Source: an uncultured bacterium (GTDB taxonomy: Bacteria > Patescibacteriota > Patescibacteriia > SG8-24 > DYFX01). From it: a stretch of DNA of 64,000 bases. Shown here piece after piece: positions 45,165 to 53,933 of this stretch. Position numbers and translations under genes: made by a program. The stretch spans positions 198,391-262,390 of the forward strand of contig CALCDZ010000004.1 in NCBI GenBank assembly GCA_937900255.1. Direction: 5' to 3'. The notes under the pieces are model-generated. The model was not told the DNA's origin and ran no database searches. It worked only from the letters and a program-made list of their open reading frames with translations. The stretch's first letter is position 1, and every line of letters starts with the position of its first letter.

Positions 45165-45872
45165 ATGGATATCCGCCTGGAAGCCTCGTGGAAAGCGCAG
45201 CTCAAGGAAGCGTTCGCCGCGCCTTCATTCAAGCGCCTGGCGGAATTCGTGCGCGAAGCGTACGGCAGCCGGTCCGTCTATCCGCCGCCGAAGCGCATCT
45301 TCGCCGCGCTCGATGCCGTGCCCTTCGAGAAGGTCCGCGTCGTCATCCTGGGACAGGATCCGTACCATGGTCCCGGTCAGGCGCACGGCCTGTGTTTTTC
45401 GGTCCCGGAGGGCGTTCCGAAGCCGCCGTCGCTCCAGAACATCTTCAAGGAGATCCATCAGGATCTCGGGTTGCCGATTCCCGCGAGCGGAAACCTCCAG
45501 CACTGGGCCGATCAGGGCGTGCTGCTGCTCAACGCGACCTTGACGGTCGAAGCCGGGCAGGCAGGTTCGCATCAGGGACGGGGCTGGGAGGAATTCACCG
45601 ATGCCGTCATCAAGAGGCTTTCGGATGACCGTGTCGGCCTGGTCTTCCTGCTCTGGGGCGCCTACGCCCAGAAGAAGGGGGCGCACATCGACCGCGCCAA
45701 GCATCTGGTGCTGACCGCGCCGCATCCGTCGCCCCTCTCGGTCCATAACGGTTTTTTCGGCTGCCGCCATTTCAGCAGGACGAACGGATATCTTGCTGCG
45801 AAAGGGGAACGGCCGGTCGAATGGGTGAAGGACGCGCCGGGCGAGGTGGACGTGCGGGCCGTCAACTGGTAA
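45165..45872 (+). CDS. ung: Uracil-DNA glycosylase (family 1)
   Basis: GQDPYH, AHGLCFSV, PPSLQNI, GVLLLN, HPSPLS. Confidence 0.97.
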   Translation: MDIRLEASWKAQLKEAFAAPSFKRLAEFVREAYGSRSVYPPPKRIFAALDAVPFEKVRVVILGQDPYHGPGQAHGLCFSVPEGVPKPPSLQNIFKEIHQDLGLPIPASGNLQHWADQGVLLLNATLTVEAGQAGSHQGRGWEEFTDAVIKRLSDDRVGLVFLLWGAYAQKKGAHIDRAKHLVLTAPHPSPLSVHNGFFGCRHFSRTNGYLAAKGERPVEWVKDAPGEVDVRAVNW

Positions 45873-45881
45873 AACGGAGGC

Positions 45882-46394
45882 ATGGAACTCCCATTCACCA
45901 AAAACGAGCTGGAACGCCTGTTGGAACTCGCGACGCTCGGCGAAGAGATGCTGAACGGCCACCGTCCGGAGGGCGAGGCTTCGGCTCCGCACGGCGCAGC
46001 GCTGCAAAAGCTCTACGCGCTGGCCGATGACGAAGGACTCGGGTATCTGGTCGCGGTCGATGAGAAAGCCGACATCCTCGCGCCTTCCGAAGCGCTCCTT
46101 TCGAGGATCGACGACGAGGTCCGCGACTATGACGAATGCGTCTTTTGGGACGAGCTTTCGATCCGTCTGGCCGAACGCGACGTGCGCGAGGAATTAGGTG
46201 CGGCCGTCTTCGATGCGTTGCCGCCCGACGAGCGGCGCGGCAAGGTGGACGCCGCCGTACGCGCCTACGATCTGGAGTTCGACCGCCAAGGGCTCAAGGA
46301 CCTCCGGCTCGGCCGCCAGAAGCGCCAGCGCCGCGCGCCGGACGCGCTGACCGAGCGCCTCAAGAAGCTTTTCGAGGATAACGGACACGCATGA
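45882..46394 (+). CDS. Hypothetical acidic helical protein
   Basis: 170 aa, SD GGAGG; FWDELSIRLAERD motif; coupled to the next gene. Confidence 0.7.
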   Translation: MELPFTKNELERLLELATLGEEMLNGHRPEGEASAPHGAALQKLYALADDEGLGYLVAVDEKADILAPSEALLSRIDDEVRDYDECVFWDELSIRLAERDVREELGAAVFDALPPDERRGKVDAAVRAYDLEFDRQGLKDLRLGRQKRQRRAPDALTERLKKLFEDNGHA

Positions 46395-46978
46395 AACTCA
46401 TCGAATTCGTCGGCATGCCGCGGAGCGGCAAGACCACGCAGGCTGAACTTCTCAAGAGGGCGCTCGAGACGCACGGCAAGTCCGTGCTGATGCTGACCGA
46501 TCGCGAGCGCATGGCCAAGCTTTCGACGCCGCCGCAGGAATCGTTGGCGTTCGCATTGGCGTTCTATGGCCAGCTCTTGGATGCCTACTACCGGTATAAG
46601 GACCAGGCGGAAATCCTGATCGTCGACCGCGGCTGGAGCGACGTCGCCGTCTGGGCCGAGGTCTATCGTGGGATGAAGACCGTGAGCGACGCCGAGGCTG
46701 ACGCCTTGACCGCCTGTTTCGCCCGGTACGCTGGCCTCTCCACGGCGGTCGTCTGCATGTCGGTTCCCGTCGAAGTCTCCCTTTCCCGTCATGGCGGCAC
46801 TTTGCATGAGCAGGTCGACGAGGTGGCCATGAATCCGGAATGGCTCTCCGCGCTGGCGGCCGCGTACGGCAAAAGGGAGAAGGGTTTCACCAACCATCTT
46901 GAGATCGACGGCACCCGACCGCCGGAAGAGTCGCACGCGCGCATCCTCGCCTTTTTGGAGAAGACCGGGTCGGTTTGA
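46391..46978 (+). CDS. P-loop nucleoside monophosphate kinase (dTMP kinase-like)
   Basis: IEFVGMPRSGKTTQ Walker A, IVDRG, IDGTRP. Confidence 0.75.
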   Translation: MKLIEFVGMPRSGKTTQAELLKRALETHGKSVLMLTDRERMAKLSTPPQESLAFALAFYGQLLDAYYRYKDQAEILIVDRGWSDVAVWAEVYRGMKTVSDAEADALTACFARYAGLSTAVVCMSVPVEVSLSRHGGTLHEQVDEVAMNPEWLSALAAAYGKREKGFTNHLEIDGTRPPEESHARILAFLEKTGSV

Positions 46979-46985
46979 GGTCGAG

Positions 46986-47013
46986 AAAAAAACGACCGCC
47001 TTTTCAGGCGGTC
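46986..47013. terminator. Terminator between convergent genes
   Basis: AAAAAAAC-GACCGCCT-TTTC-AGGCGGTC. Confidence 0.6.
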
Positions 47014-47381
47014 TTGTCGTAGAACCAGGGTTCGTTGCCGCCAGGGAACTCCGCGAAGACGCTTTCGGCAATGCGTGGCAGGTAGTGTGGGTCCGCGCAC
47101 GCGCGCCATCGATGGAGCAAGTCCTGCCATCCCGCGTCGGCATCCGACCGCGAACGGAACTCCCAACAGCGCGATCCGACGTCATTCCTGAACAGGTGGA
47201 TGACGATCGGATGGCGGCCGGGTGGCGGATCCTTGATTTCCAGGATTTCCTGATACCCCTGTACGTCATCCTCGCAGCCGGTGGACCCATAGCGGTGTTG
47301 GGTCAGCGTATAGGGCGTGTGACGCCCGTATGATCCGTGCCGGACGATCCTTTTGCCTGTCGTTTCTTCCGTGGCGTCCAA
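47004..47381 (-). CDS. Hypothetical protein (125 aa)
   Basis: TTG start with SD GGAGGTG; fills the gap between methyltransferase and terminator. Confidence 0.55.
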   Translation of the reverse strand: MDATEETTGKRIVRHGSYGRHTPYTLTQHRYGSTGCEDDVQGYQEILEIKDPPPGRHPIVIHLFRNDVGSRCWEFRSRSDADAGWQDLLHRWRACADPHYLPRIAESVFAEFPGGNEPWFYDKTA

Positions 47382-47411
47382 AGTGCACCTCCGAAGGCTA
47401 ACCTACATCAG

Positions 47412-48194
47412 TCATTTCTTACGCGCAACCAGCGCCAGGAACATCGGGATTTCCGTGCGGGAGGCGTTTTCGGCGCGGGCCTTCGGACCGGAATCGCTGA
47501 CGCGATGGGAAGACCACTCTTCGAGATCGGCGAGGACGAAACCGCTCGCGGAGAGGGCTTTCACGTAGGCCTGCAAGGGACGGTGGAAGGAATGCGTGAC
47601 GACGTCGGGCGCGGAACCCGGGTGCGCCTGGATCGGCACGTCGTAGGCGCCGAGGTACTTGTCGACGCGCCGGTACTGCAGTTTCCGCCCCTCGTCCCAG
47701 CCCCAGCCGCTCTGGCGCGGCTGGCGGAAGCTCGGATGGTTCATGACGAGCACGAAGGCCGAACCGGGCTTCAGGACCCTGGCGGCGTCGCGGAAGACCG
47801 GTCCGATCTCGTCGATGTTCTGGATCGCGAGGATGCAGGAGGCGCCATCGAAGGCGGCAGGCGGATAGCGGTCGGCGAAGGCTTTGGCATCGGCGACGAG
47901 GTAGTCGGCGTTCTTGGGCGCCAGTCTCTTGGCGCGGGCGATGAGCGAAGGCGCCGCGTCGAAACCGGAGACGCGGATGCCTGGACGCCGGGCGATCTGG
48001 CGGCTGAAGGCGCCTTCTCCGCAGGCGATGTCCAGATACCGCTTGCCAGGAACGGGGGAGAGCAGGCGCTCGGCGCCCGGGAATACGACGGCTTCCTGAA
48101 AGGTGCCGTCCTTTTCGAGATGTCGGCCGTACCAGCCGGCGACGCCCTCCCAGCTCGTTTTCGGTCCGCGCGCGGCGGCGCTCTTCATGCGCAT
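47412..48194 (-). CDS. Class I SAM-dependent methyltransferase
   Basis: YLDIACGEG, ARVLKPG, MNHPSF, FHRPLQAY; true start far shorter than the 1020-aa shadow ORF. Confidence 0.9.
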   Translation of the reverse strand: MRMKSAAARGPKTSWEGVAGWYGRHLEKDGTFQEAVVFPGAERLLSPVPGKRYLDIACGEGAFSRQIARRPGIRVSGFDAAPSLIARAKRLAPKNADYLVADAKAFADRYPPAAFDGASCILAIQNIDEIGPVFRDAARVLKPGSAFVLVMNHPSFRQPRQSGWGWDEGRKLQYRRVDKYLGAYDVPIQAHPGSAPDVVTHSFHRPLQAYVKALSASGFVLADLEEWSSHRVSDSGPKARAENASRTEIPMFLALVARKK

Positions 48195-48284
48195 ATGCAA
48201 CGAGCCTACCGCATCCTGGCGATGGCGTGAAGCGCGATTGACAACCGGGCCGATTCCAGGTAGACCACGTGTGGGAGGATACCC

Positions 48285-50462
48285 ATGAAATCGTTCCTTT
48301 TCTTCCTGTTCGCGTGTCTTTCCGTCGTCCATCGGGCGGAAGCGGCACCGGCCGCCAAGAAGACGATGCGCCTGTTCGTGGCCCCTTTCGAAAGCGAGAT
48401 GAGGGGTAAGGAACTCGATGCCTTGTCCCTGGGTCTGGCGAGCTTCCTGACCGAGCGGTTCGAGGAGGGCTTCGCCGGACAGGCCGGAAACGTTTCGGTC
48501 GCGAGCGGGCCGCTCATCCTGACGTCCCGCCAAGCCTCGCTCCGTGAAGGTCCCCGCGCCCCGCTCGATCCCGAGGCCGCGCGTGCGGTCGCCGTAGATG
48601 CGGGCGCGACGCATGTCATGACGGGGACGTACTCCGGCAACGTGAGCGCGTTCACGCTGACGGTCAGCCTGTACGAGCTCGATCCGGTCAAGGGGCTCAG
48701 ACCTCTGGCCGAGCTGTCGGCCGGCCCCGTCTCGGTCTATGCCAAGAAGCCTCCAAGGCCCGGCATCCAGATCGGTGACGTGCAGTCCATGGCGTCCACG
48801 CTCGCCGCCCAGGCCCTTGCCCGAGCCGGCATCGATCTGCGTCCGGCGGATATCGAACGGCTGAAAGTCCCGCAGACGCCTGACGCCGTCTCGTTCATCG
48901 AGTACGCGCGGGCGCTCGATCGGCACTTCCATCCGACGGACTTCTCCAAGCACCGCACGGCGCTCGAACTCGTCGAGCATGCGGTACGCATCTGGCCGGA
49001 CTTTCATGCGGCACGGCGGCTGTACGGCTACCTGCTCTGGCAGTCCGGCGAGCTCGGCAAGGCCCGGATCCACCTCGGAGAGATCCTGAACCCCACCCAG
49101 CCCGCCGAACCTTCGAAGCCGAGGCGGGTCGGGCTTCCTGACGATGTGCGCGCGCTCACGATGCTCGCGCGCATCGAGATCGAAAGCCGGCAGTATCGCA
49201 CGGCGATCGGCTACCTGGAACGGGCCGTGAGCCGCGCTCCGGAAGACGCCCAGATCCGCTTCCTGTTCGGCGAGGCCTTCGTGGCTGCCGGAGAAAGACT
49301 CAAGGCGCTGGCCCAGTATGAGTCGGGCCGGAAACTCGATCCGAACGACTTGGGGACGCGACGCGCCCTCTCGGGCCTGTATGCCGGTCTCAAGCGTTAT
49401 GACGAAGCGTCCGAAGAGCTCCAAGTCGTCATCGCTCGGGAGCCACATGACCTTCAAGCTCTTTTCCTGCTCGCCGCCTGCCATCGGGCCGGCAATCATC
49501 CGGAAAAAGCGCTGGCCGACTACGAGGCCGGTATGGAACGGTTTCCTGACGATGCACGGCTGCAGAAGTTCCGGGCGGACATGCTCACCGCGCTCGGACG
49601 CGCGAGCGAAGCGCAGGATGCCTTGGCATGGGCTCGTAAGCTCGCGCCGAAGGATGGACGTTTTTCCGGAAAGCCGGCGCTCTTCGGCACGGTACTGATC
49701 GCCACGCTCGCCGCGGACGCGGTCCTGCGGGACGGCATGGAGAGGTATCGGGCTGAAGCGCAGCTGGCGGCTTCGGTCGCCACCTGGGACTTGTCCTGGA
49801 ACGGCCAGGAAGCCTGCAAGGACGGACGCGCCGGTTCGTATCTCTTGCTCGCGCAGGCTTCGGCCGGCACGTATGACCGCGACGGCTCCTCCTTGGGGTC
49901 GGACGCGGAACGTATCGCGGCCGCGCTCAAGAATGGGGAGGGATTCGCCCTCACGCCGGACGAGCAGGAACGGGCCGATGGCTTGTTGGCGTATGCCGAT
50001 GCCTCGGTCAGGGACTTGCGCGAACTGGCGACGGCATACGAAGTCGCTCGCAGTTCGTTCGCGCGCCTCGGTTGCGGTTTCGACGGCATGCACGCCGCCA
50101 CGATCGAACAGGTACGCGAACGGAACCGGCATCTGCACGTCGAGATGCTGACTCCGCCGCCCCGCGCCGCTTCGGCCCTGATGCCGGTCATTCCCGGCGA
50201 CGTCGACAACGTGACCTTCGAGGTCCTGAACGGGACGGCATCCGAAATGGCGATCGTCTTCCCTCCGGACGGTAAGGCGCTCGAACCGCCCGTGCCTCCC
50301 GGGTCCCCTGGGAAGGGTCCCGGCAGGCGTTCCTATACGGTCAAGCGCGGTCATCACGGCTTCTGCGTCTTGCCGCGGGAGAAAGTCGCGGATTGCGGGA
50401 AGCCGGGGACGGTCCGGACCGACTATTTCCATGAGGGCTGGACCATCTCTGTGCGTCAGTAG
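48285..50462 (+). CDS. Secreted TPR protein with TolB-N/FlgO-like N-terminal domain
   Basis: Sec signal (AEA), VAPFE...GATHVMTGTY, ~6-7 TPRs, Cys-containing C-domain; TTGACA-N17-TAGACC at 48238-48266, SD GGAGGA. Confidence 0.75.
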   Translation: MKSFLFFLFACLSVVHRAEAAPAAKKTMRLFVAPFESEMRGKELDALSLGLASFLTERFEEGFAGQAGNVSVASGPLILTSRQASLREGPRAPLDPEAARAVAVDAGATHVMTGTYSGNVSAFTLTVSLYELDPVKGLRPLAELSAGPVSVYAKKPPRPGIQIGDVQSMASTLAAQALARAGIDLRPADIERLKVPQTPDAVSFIEYARALDRHFHPTDFSKHRTALELVEHAVRIWPDFHAARRLYGYLLWQSGELGKARIHLGEILNPTQPAEPSKPRRVGLPDDVRALTMLARIEIESRQYRTAIGYLERAVSRAPEDAQIRFLFGEAFVAAGERLKALAQYESGRKLDPNDLGTRRALSGLYAGLKRYDEASEELQVVIAREPHDLQALFLLAACHRAGNHPEKALADYEAGMERFPDDARLQKFRADMLTALGRASEAQDALAWARKLAPKDGRFSGKPALFGTVLIATLAADAVLRDGMERYRAEAQLAASVATWDLSWNGQEACKDGRAGSYLLLAQASAGTYDRDGSSLGSDAERIAAALKNGEGFALTPDEQERADGLLAYADASVRDLRELATAYEVARSSFARLGCGFDGMHAATIEQVRERNRHLHVEMLTPPPRAASALMPVIPGDVDNVTFEVLNGTASEMAIVFPPDGKALEPPVPPGSPGKGPGRRSYTVKRGHHGFCVLPREKVADCGKPGTVRTDYFHEGWTISVRQ

Positions 50463-50464
50463 CG

Positions 50465-50519
50465 ACCCCTGCATCTGCAGGGGTTTTTCATTGACAAGAA
50501 GGGGGCGCGGGCGTATACC
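50465..50519 (+). promoter_or_regulatory. Terminator immediately followed by promoter TTGACA-N17-TATACC
   Basis: ACCCCTGCA/TGCAGGGGT-TTTT then TTGACA at 50491. Confidence 0.7.
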
Positions 50520-50587
50520 GATGGCATGTTTTTCGGGTCATCCGACCTTGAAAAATAGGTCTTTGACCATCAAAAAAGAGAGGCCCC

Positions 50588-53500
50588 ATGTTGAAACGGC
50601 TGCAACGGATCTTCTTGCGCATGTGGTTCGTGTCGCGCGTCATCGTGGCATACGTGCTGATCATGGCGCTGCCGATCGGAGCCCTGGCGGCCGCTCGGCA
50701 ATCGGATCTCGGATGGAGGGGTTCCATCGGTCTGGCGGTCGCGGTCTGGCCGTTCGTCATCCTTTCGTGGATGGCGATCCGTCTCCTCGGGAAAGCGCTG
50801 CGCTCTCTCTGGAGATACTGGCCGTTCCGGCTGGCGGCATGGTGCTGTTGGGGTTTCGCCGTTTACGAGCTGGCGGAATGGAATATCCGCACCTCGGAAG
50901 AGTACGCACTGTACGCCATCGCCGCCGAAGCGGTCGCCACCATGGCGCTCGGGTTCGCATCGTTCATCGATGCGCCCTCGGGAGCGGTGGAACGCTTCTT
51001 CATCCGGTTGCGGCTCCTGGTGCCGGAGAAGATGGATGTCGCCCTGCGCGTCTTGCACTGGGTGTCATGGCTTTCCTGCATCGCGCTCATCGACCGCTGG
51101 CTGTACCAGGCCGTCGACCGATGGCTCTGGAACAATTGGCTGACGATCCCGTGGGGACCGTTCCAGGCGTATCGCATCCCTCTCGCCAGCCTGCCGTCCG
51201 CGGCCTTCACGGTCGCGGCGATCCTGGCGCGTCCGCCCCAGTTCCGTCGGGGCCGTCCGCGCCGGGTCCTGCGCCTCAGGAAGGTGCCGATGGATCTCGG
51301 GGAATTCGGGTTCTGGATTTTCGGTCAGTGGGCGCTGTACGTGCTGGTGCGGGAACGTCTCTTCGTGCCGGAAACCCTTCCGGATGGCCGGAGGGTGGAG
51401 GCCGGCGAACGTTTCGCCTTCGGCCGCGCGTTCTGGACCGGAGCGGCGCTTGCGGTGCTGCTTTCGGTCTCGGTCGTTTCGGGCATGACGGAGCGTTTCG
51501 CCTCCGGATTGCCGGGAGACCTGTCCGCCGTCGAGAGATGGCAGCCGGTCGTCTCCACGAACGTCTACGACCGCACGGGTCAGCTGATGTGCGTCTTCAC
51601 GCTCGAAGACCGCAAATACGCGCCGCTCTCCGGGATCCCCAAGCATGTCCAGGCCGCTTTCACGGCGGCCGAGGACAAGGACTTCGATGGCCACTATGGC
51701 ATCGACGTGGCAGGTATCGTGCGCGCGGGAGTCATCAACGTCTCGAGCGGCCGTACGCGTCAAGGCGCCTCGACCATCACCCAGCAGGTCATCAAGCTGC
51801 TGGTCCTGAAGGATACGCGCAGGAGCTACACGCGGAAGCTCGCCGAGATCCTTCTGGCCGTAGAGCTCGAAAGGCGCATGACGCGCACGTACGGGCGGGA
51901 AGGGGCCAAGGACATGATCCGCGGCATCTACCTGAACTACGTCTACCTCGGCGGGAACGCCGCCGGCGTCGAAGCCGCCTCCCGGCGTTACTTCGACAAG
52001 GGCGTCAAGGATATCACGATCGCCGAAGCGGCGATGCTGGCCGGCCTTCCGAAGGCGCCGTCCCGGGATTCCCCCGAGACGCACTTCGATCGGGCCAAGG
52101 TGCGCCAGCGGTACGTGCTGGGCCGCATGTTCGAGCGCGGCGACATCAGCCGAGCCGAACGCGACGCCGCCTTGGCGGAAAAGATCGCCGTCGTCCATCG
52201 CATCTACCCGCTCAACGAGACCGCGGCGCCCTACGCCTGCGAACACGTCAGGAAGTGGGCGAAGGCGGCTTATGGCAACGACGCGATCTACAAGCATGGC
52301 TACGAGATCCGGACGACGTTCGATCTCGTCATGCAGCAGGAAGCTCAAAAAGCCGTCCGCTACGGACTGCTCGACCTCGAGCGCAGGATCGGATTCTCCG
52401 GTCCGGAGGGGCACGACGGGACTGCCGGCGAACGTTGCGACGCGCCTGCGGAAACGGTCATCGATGAGATGGTCGAAGCCAATGCGCGCGTCATCAGGCG
52501 CGCGGGCGAGAACGTCACGCTCTGCGTGCGCGGCAATGTCGTCCCGCTCGATCCCGAAGATGCCGCTCGCGTCATCAGGTGGGAGCGAGCCGACCATGGC
52601 CGCGCGCTCGCCGTCGGGGATCTGCTGACGGTCCGACTCGTGACCCGCATGGTCGCCAAAGGCGTCGCGAAGCGCTTCGCGCTGACCGCACGCCGCACCG
52701 GCGACCCGGATGCCGACGGCAAGGGCCGCGACGGGCGCCCCGTCAATCCGCTCCAGGCCGCTCTCGTGGCCATCGATCTGCCGAACGGAGAGGTGCGGGC
52801 GATCGTCGGAGGATACGATTGGCATGAGAGCCGGTTCGACTTCGCCACGCAGGCGCGGCGACAGGTCGGGTCGTCCGTCAAGCCGTATGTCTATGGGACA
52901 GGCTTGATGGCGCTGCCTGACTTGACCGTCCTCTCCCGCGTGCACGACGGTCCGATCTGCGTCTCGACGGCGACGGGGCAGTGGTGCCCGAAGAATTACA
53001 CCAACGGGCACATGCAGTCCTACTACGGCGATGTCGATCTGGGGACCGCCCTGGCGCTGTCGCTGAATTCCGTCTCCGTCCGCCTGGTCCTCAAGACCGG
53101 CATCGGTCCCGTCGTCGACACGATGAGGCGGCTCGGGATCCGGTCGAAGATCGTGCCGGTCTTTCCGTTGGCCGTCGGTACGCCCGAGCTCACGCTGCTC
53201 GAGCATGGCGCCGGCATCGCGTCGATCCTTTCCAATGGACGCGCGCTCACGAGCCAGACCGAGGACGGCGTACCGGGGCGTTTCATCGCGCGCGTGACGG
53301 AGCAGGTCGTCGGTCCCGACGGCAAGCTCGTTTCGCGCGTCGTGTATGCGCAACCGCCGCCGGACGAGGCGCAAGCCATGCCTTCAGGGGATGCCTACGC
53401 CGTGACCTACCTCATGAAGGGGGTCGTGGAGTCCGGTACGGGCGGGCTGGCCAAGACGCTGCTGCGGCCGTTCGCCGGCAAGACCGGGACGACCAACGAC

Positions 53501-53824
53501 TTCCGGGACGCCTGGTTCATGGGCGGTTCGGCGGACCTCGGCGTCTTCGTCCATGTCGGCCGCGATCGCCCGAACCGGATCGCGAACGAAGCGACCGGCG
53601 GCGCCATCGCGCTGCCGATCGCCGTCGCATTCATGCGGGCCGTCGCACCGGTCACGGAAGACGCGCCTGCAAGGGACTTCCCGATTCCCGATGACGTGAC
53701 GCTCGTCTATCGAGGCGAGCGCCGCGGGGGAGTGCCTGCGCTGATCCCGTTCCAACGGGGAAAGGTGCCGGCAAGCTACCTGCACGACCGCAAGCTCTCA
53801 TTCGGGAATGGACGCTTCGAATAG
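50588..53824 (+). CDS. Class A penicillin-binding protein (PBP1A-type) with ~300-aa multi-TM N-terminal extension
   Basis: GT51 motifs EDKDFDGHYG, GASTITQQ, RKLAE, YLNYVY; OB-like insert; TP motifs SSVK, SLN, KTG. Confidence 0.92.
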   Translation: MLKRLQRIFLRMWFVSRVIVAYVLIMALPIGALAAARQSDLGWRGSIGLAVAVWPFVILSWMAIRLLGKALRSLWRYWPFRLAAWCCWGFAVYELAEWNIRTSEEYALYAIAAEAVATMALGFASFIDAPSGAVERFFIRLRLLVPEKMDVALRVLHWVSWLSCIALIDRWLYQAVDRWLWNNWLTIPWGPFQAYRIPLASLPSAAFTVAAILARPPQFRRGRPRRVLRLRKVPMDLGEFGFWIFGQWALYVLVRERLFVPETLPDGRRVEAGERFAFGRAFWTGAALAVLLSVSVVSGMTERFASGLPGDLSAVERWQPVVSTNVYDRTGQLMCVFTLEDRKYAPLSGIPKHVQAAFTAAEDKDFDGHYGIDVAGIVRAGVINVSSGRTRQGASTITQQVIKLLVLKDTRRSYTRKLAEILLAVELERRMTRTYGREGAKDMIRGIYLNYVYLGGNAAGVEAASRRYFDKGVKDITIAEAAMLAGLPKAPSRDSPETHFDRAKVRQRYVLGRMFERGDISRAERDAALAEKIAVVHRIYPLNETAAPYACEHVRKWAKAAYGNDAIYKHGYEIRTTFDLVMQQEAQKAVRYGLLDLERRIGFSGPEGHDGTAGERCDAPAETVIDEMVEANARVIRRAGENVTLCVRGNVVPLDPEDAARVIRWERADHGRALAVGDLLTVRLVTRMVAKGVAKRFALTARRTGDPDADGKGRDGRPVNPLQAALVAIDLPNGEVRAIVGGYDWHESRFDFATQARRQVGSSVKPYVYGTGLMALPDLTVLSRVHDGPICVSTATGQWCPKNYTNGHMQSYYGDVDLGTALALSLNSVSVRLVLKTGIGPVVDTMRRLGIRSKIVPVFPLAVGTPELTLLEHGAGIASILSNGRALTSQTEDGVPGRFIARVTEQVVGPDGKLVSRVVYAQPPPDEAQAMPSGDAYAVTYLMKGVVESGTGGLAKTLLRPFAGKTGTTNDFRDAWFMGGSADLGVFVHVGRDRPNRIANEATGGAIALPIAVAFMRAVAPVTEDAPARDFPIPDDVTLVYRGERRGGVPALIPFQRGKVPASYLHDRKLSFGNGRFE

Positions 53825-53888
53825 CCCTCCGACGCCTGTCGGGGGGCCTTTTCTTTACCTTGACAAAAGCGTCTTTTCCTGGTAGCGT
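53824..53888 (+). promoter_or_regulatory. Terminator immediately followed by promoter TTGACA-N17-TAGCGT
   Basis: GCCCTCCGAC/GTCGGGGGGC-CTTTTCTTT then TTGACA at 53860. Confidence 0.7.
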
Positions 53889-53933
53889 CGGATGTCCGGA
53901 AGTTCCTTATATCCACCAAAGAAAGGAGGACCC

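Noticed and set aside
39471-48194. M16 peptidase or methyltransferase as maturases for the precursor peptides
   Set aside because: Both look like ordinary housekeeping family members in separate transcription units; nothing in the sequence links them to the peptides.
43865-48200. Integrative element or prophage at tRNA-Trp
   Set aside because: No integrase or phage genes, and I found no duplicated tRNA 3' end (att site) by eye.
47412-50474. 1020-aa minus-strand ORF
   Set aside because: Only the last ~260 aa (methyltransferase) are real; the rest is the antisense shadow of the TPR gene.
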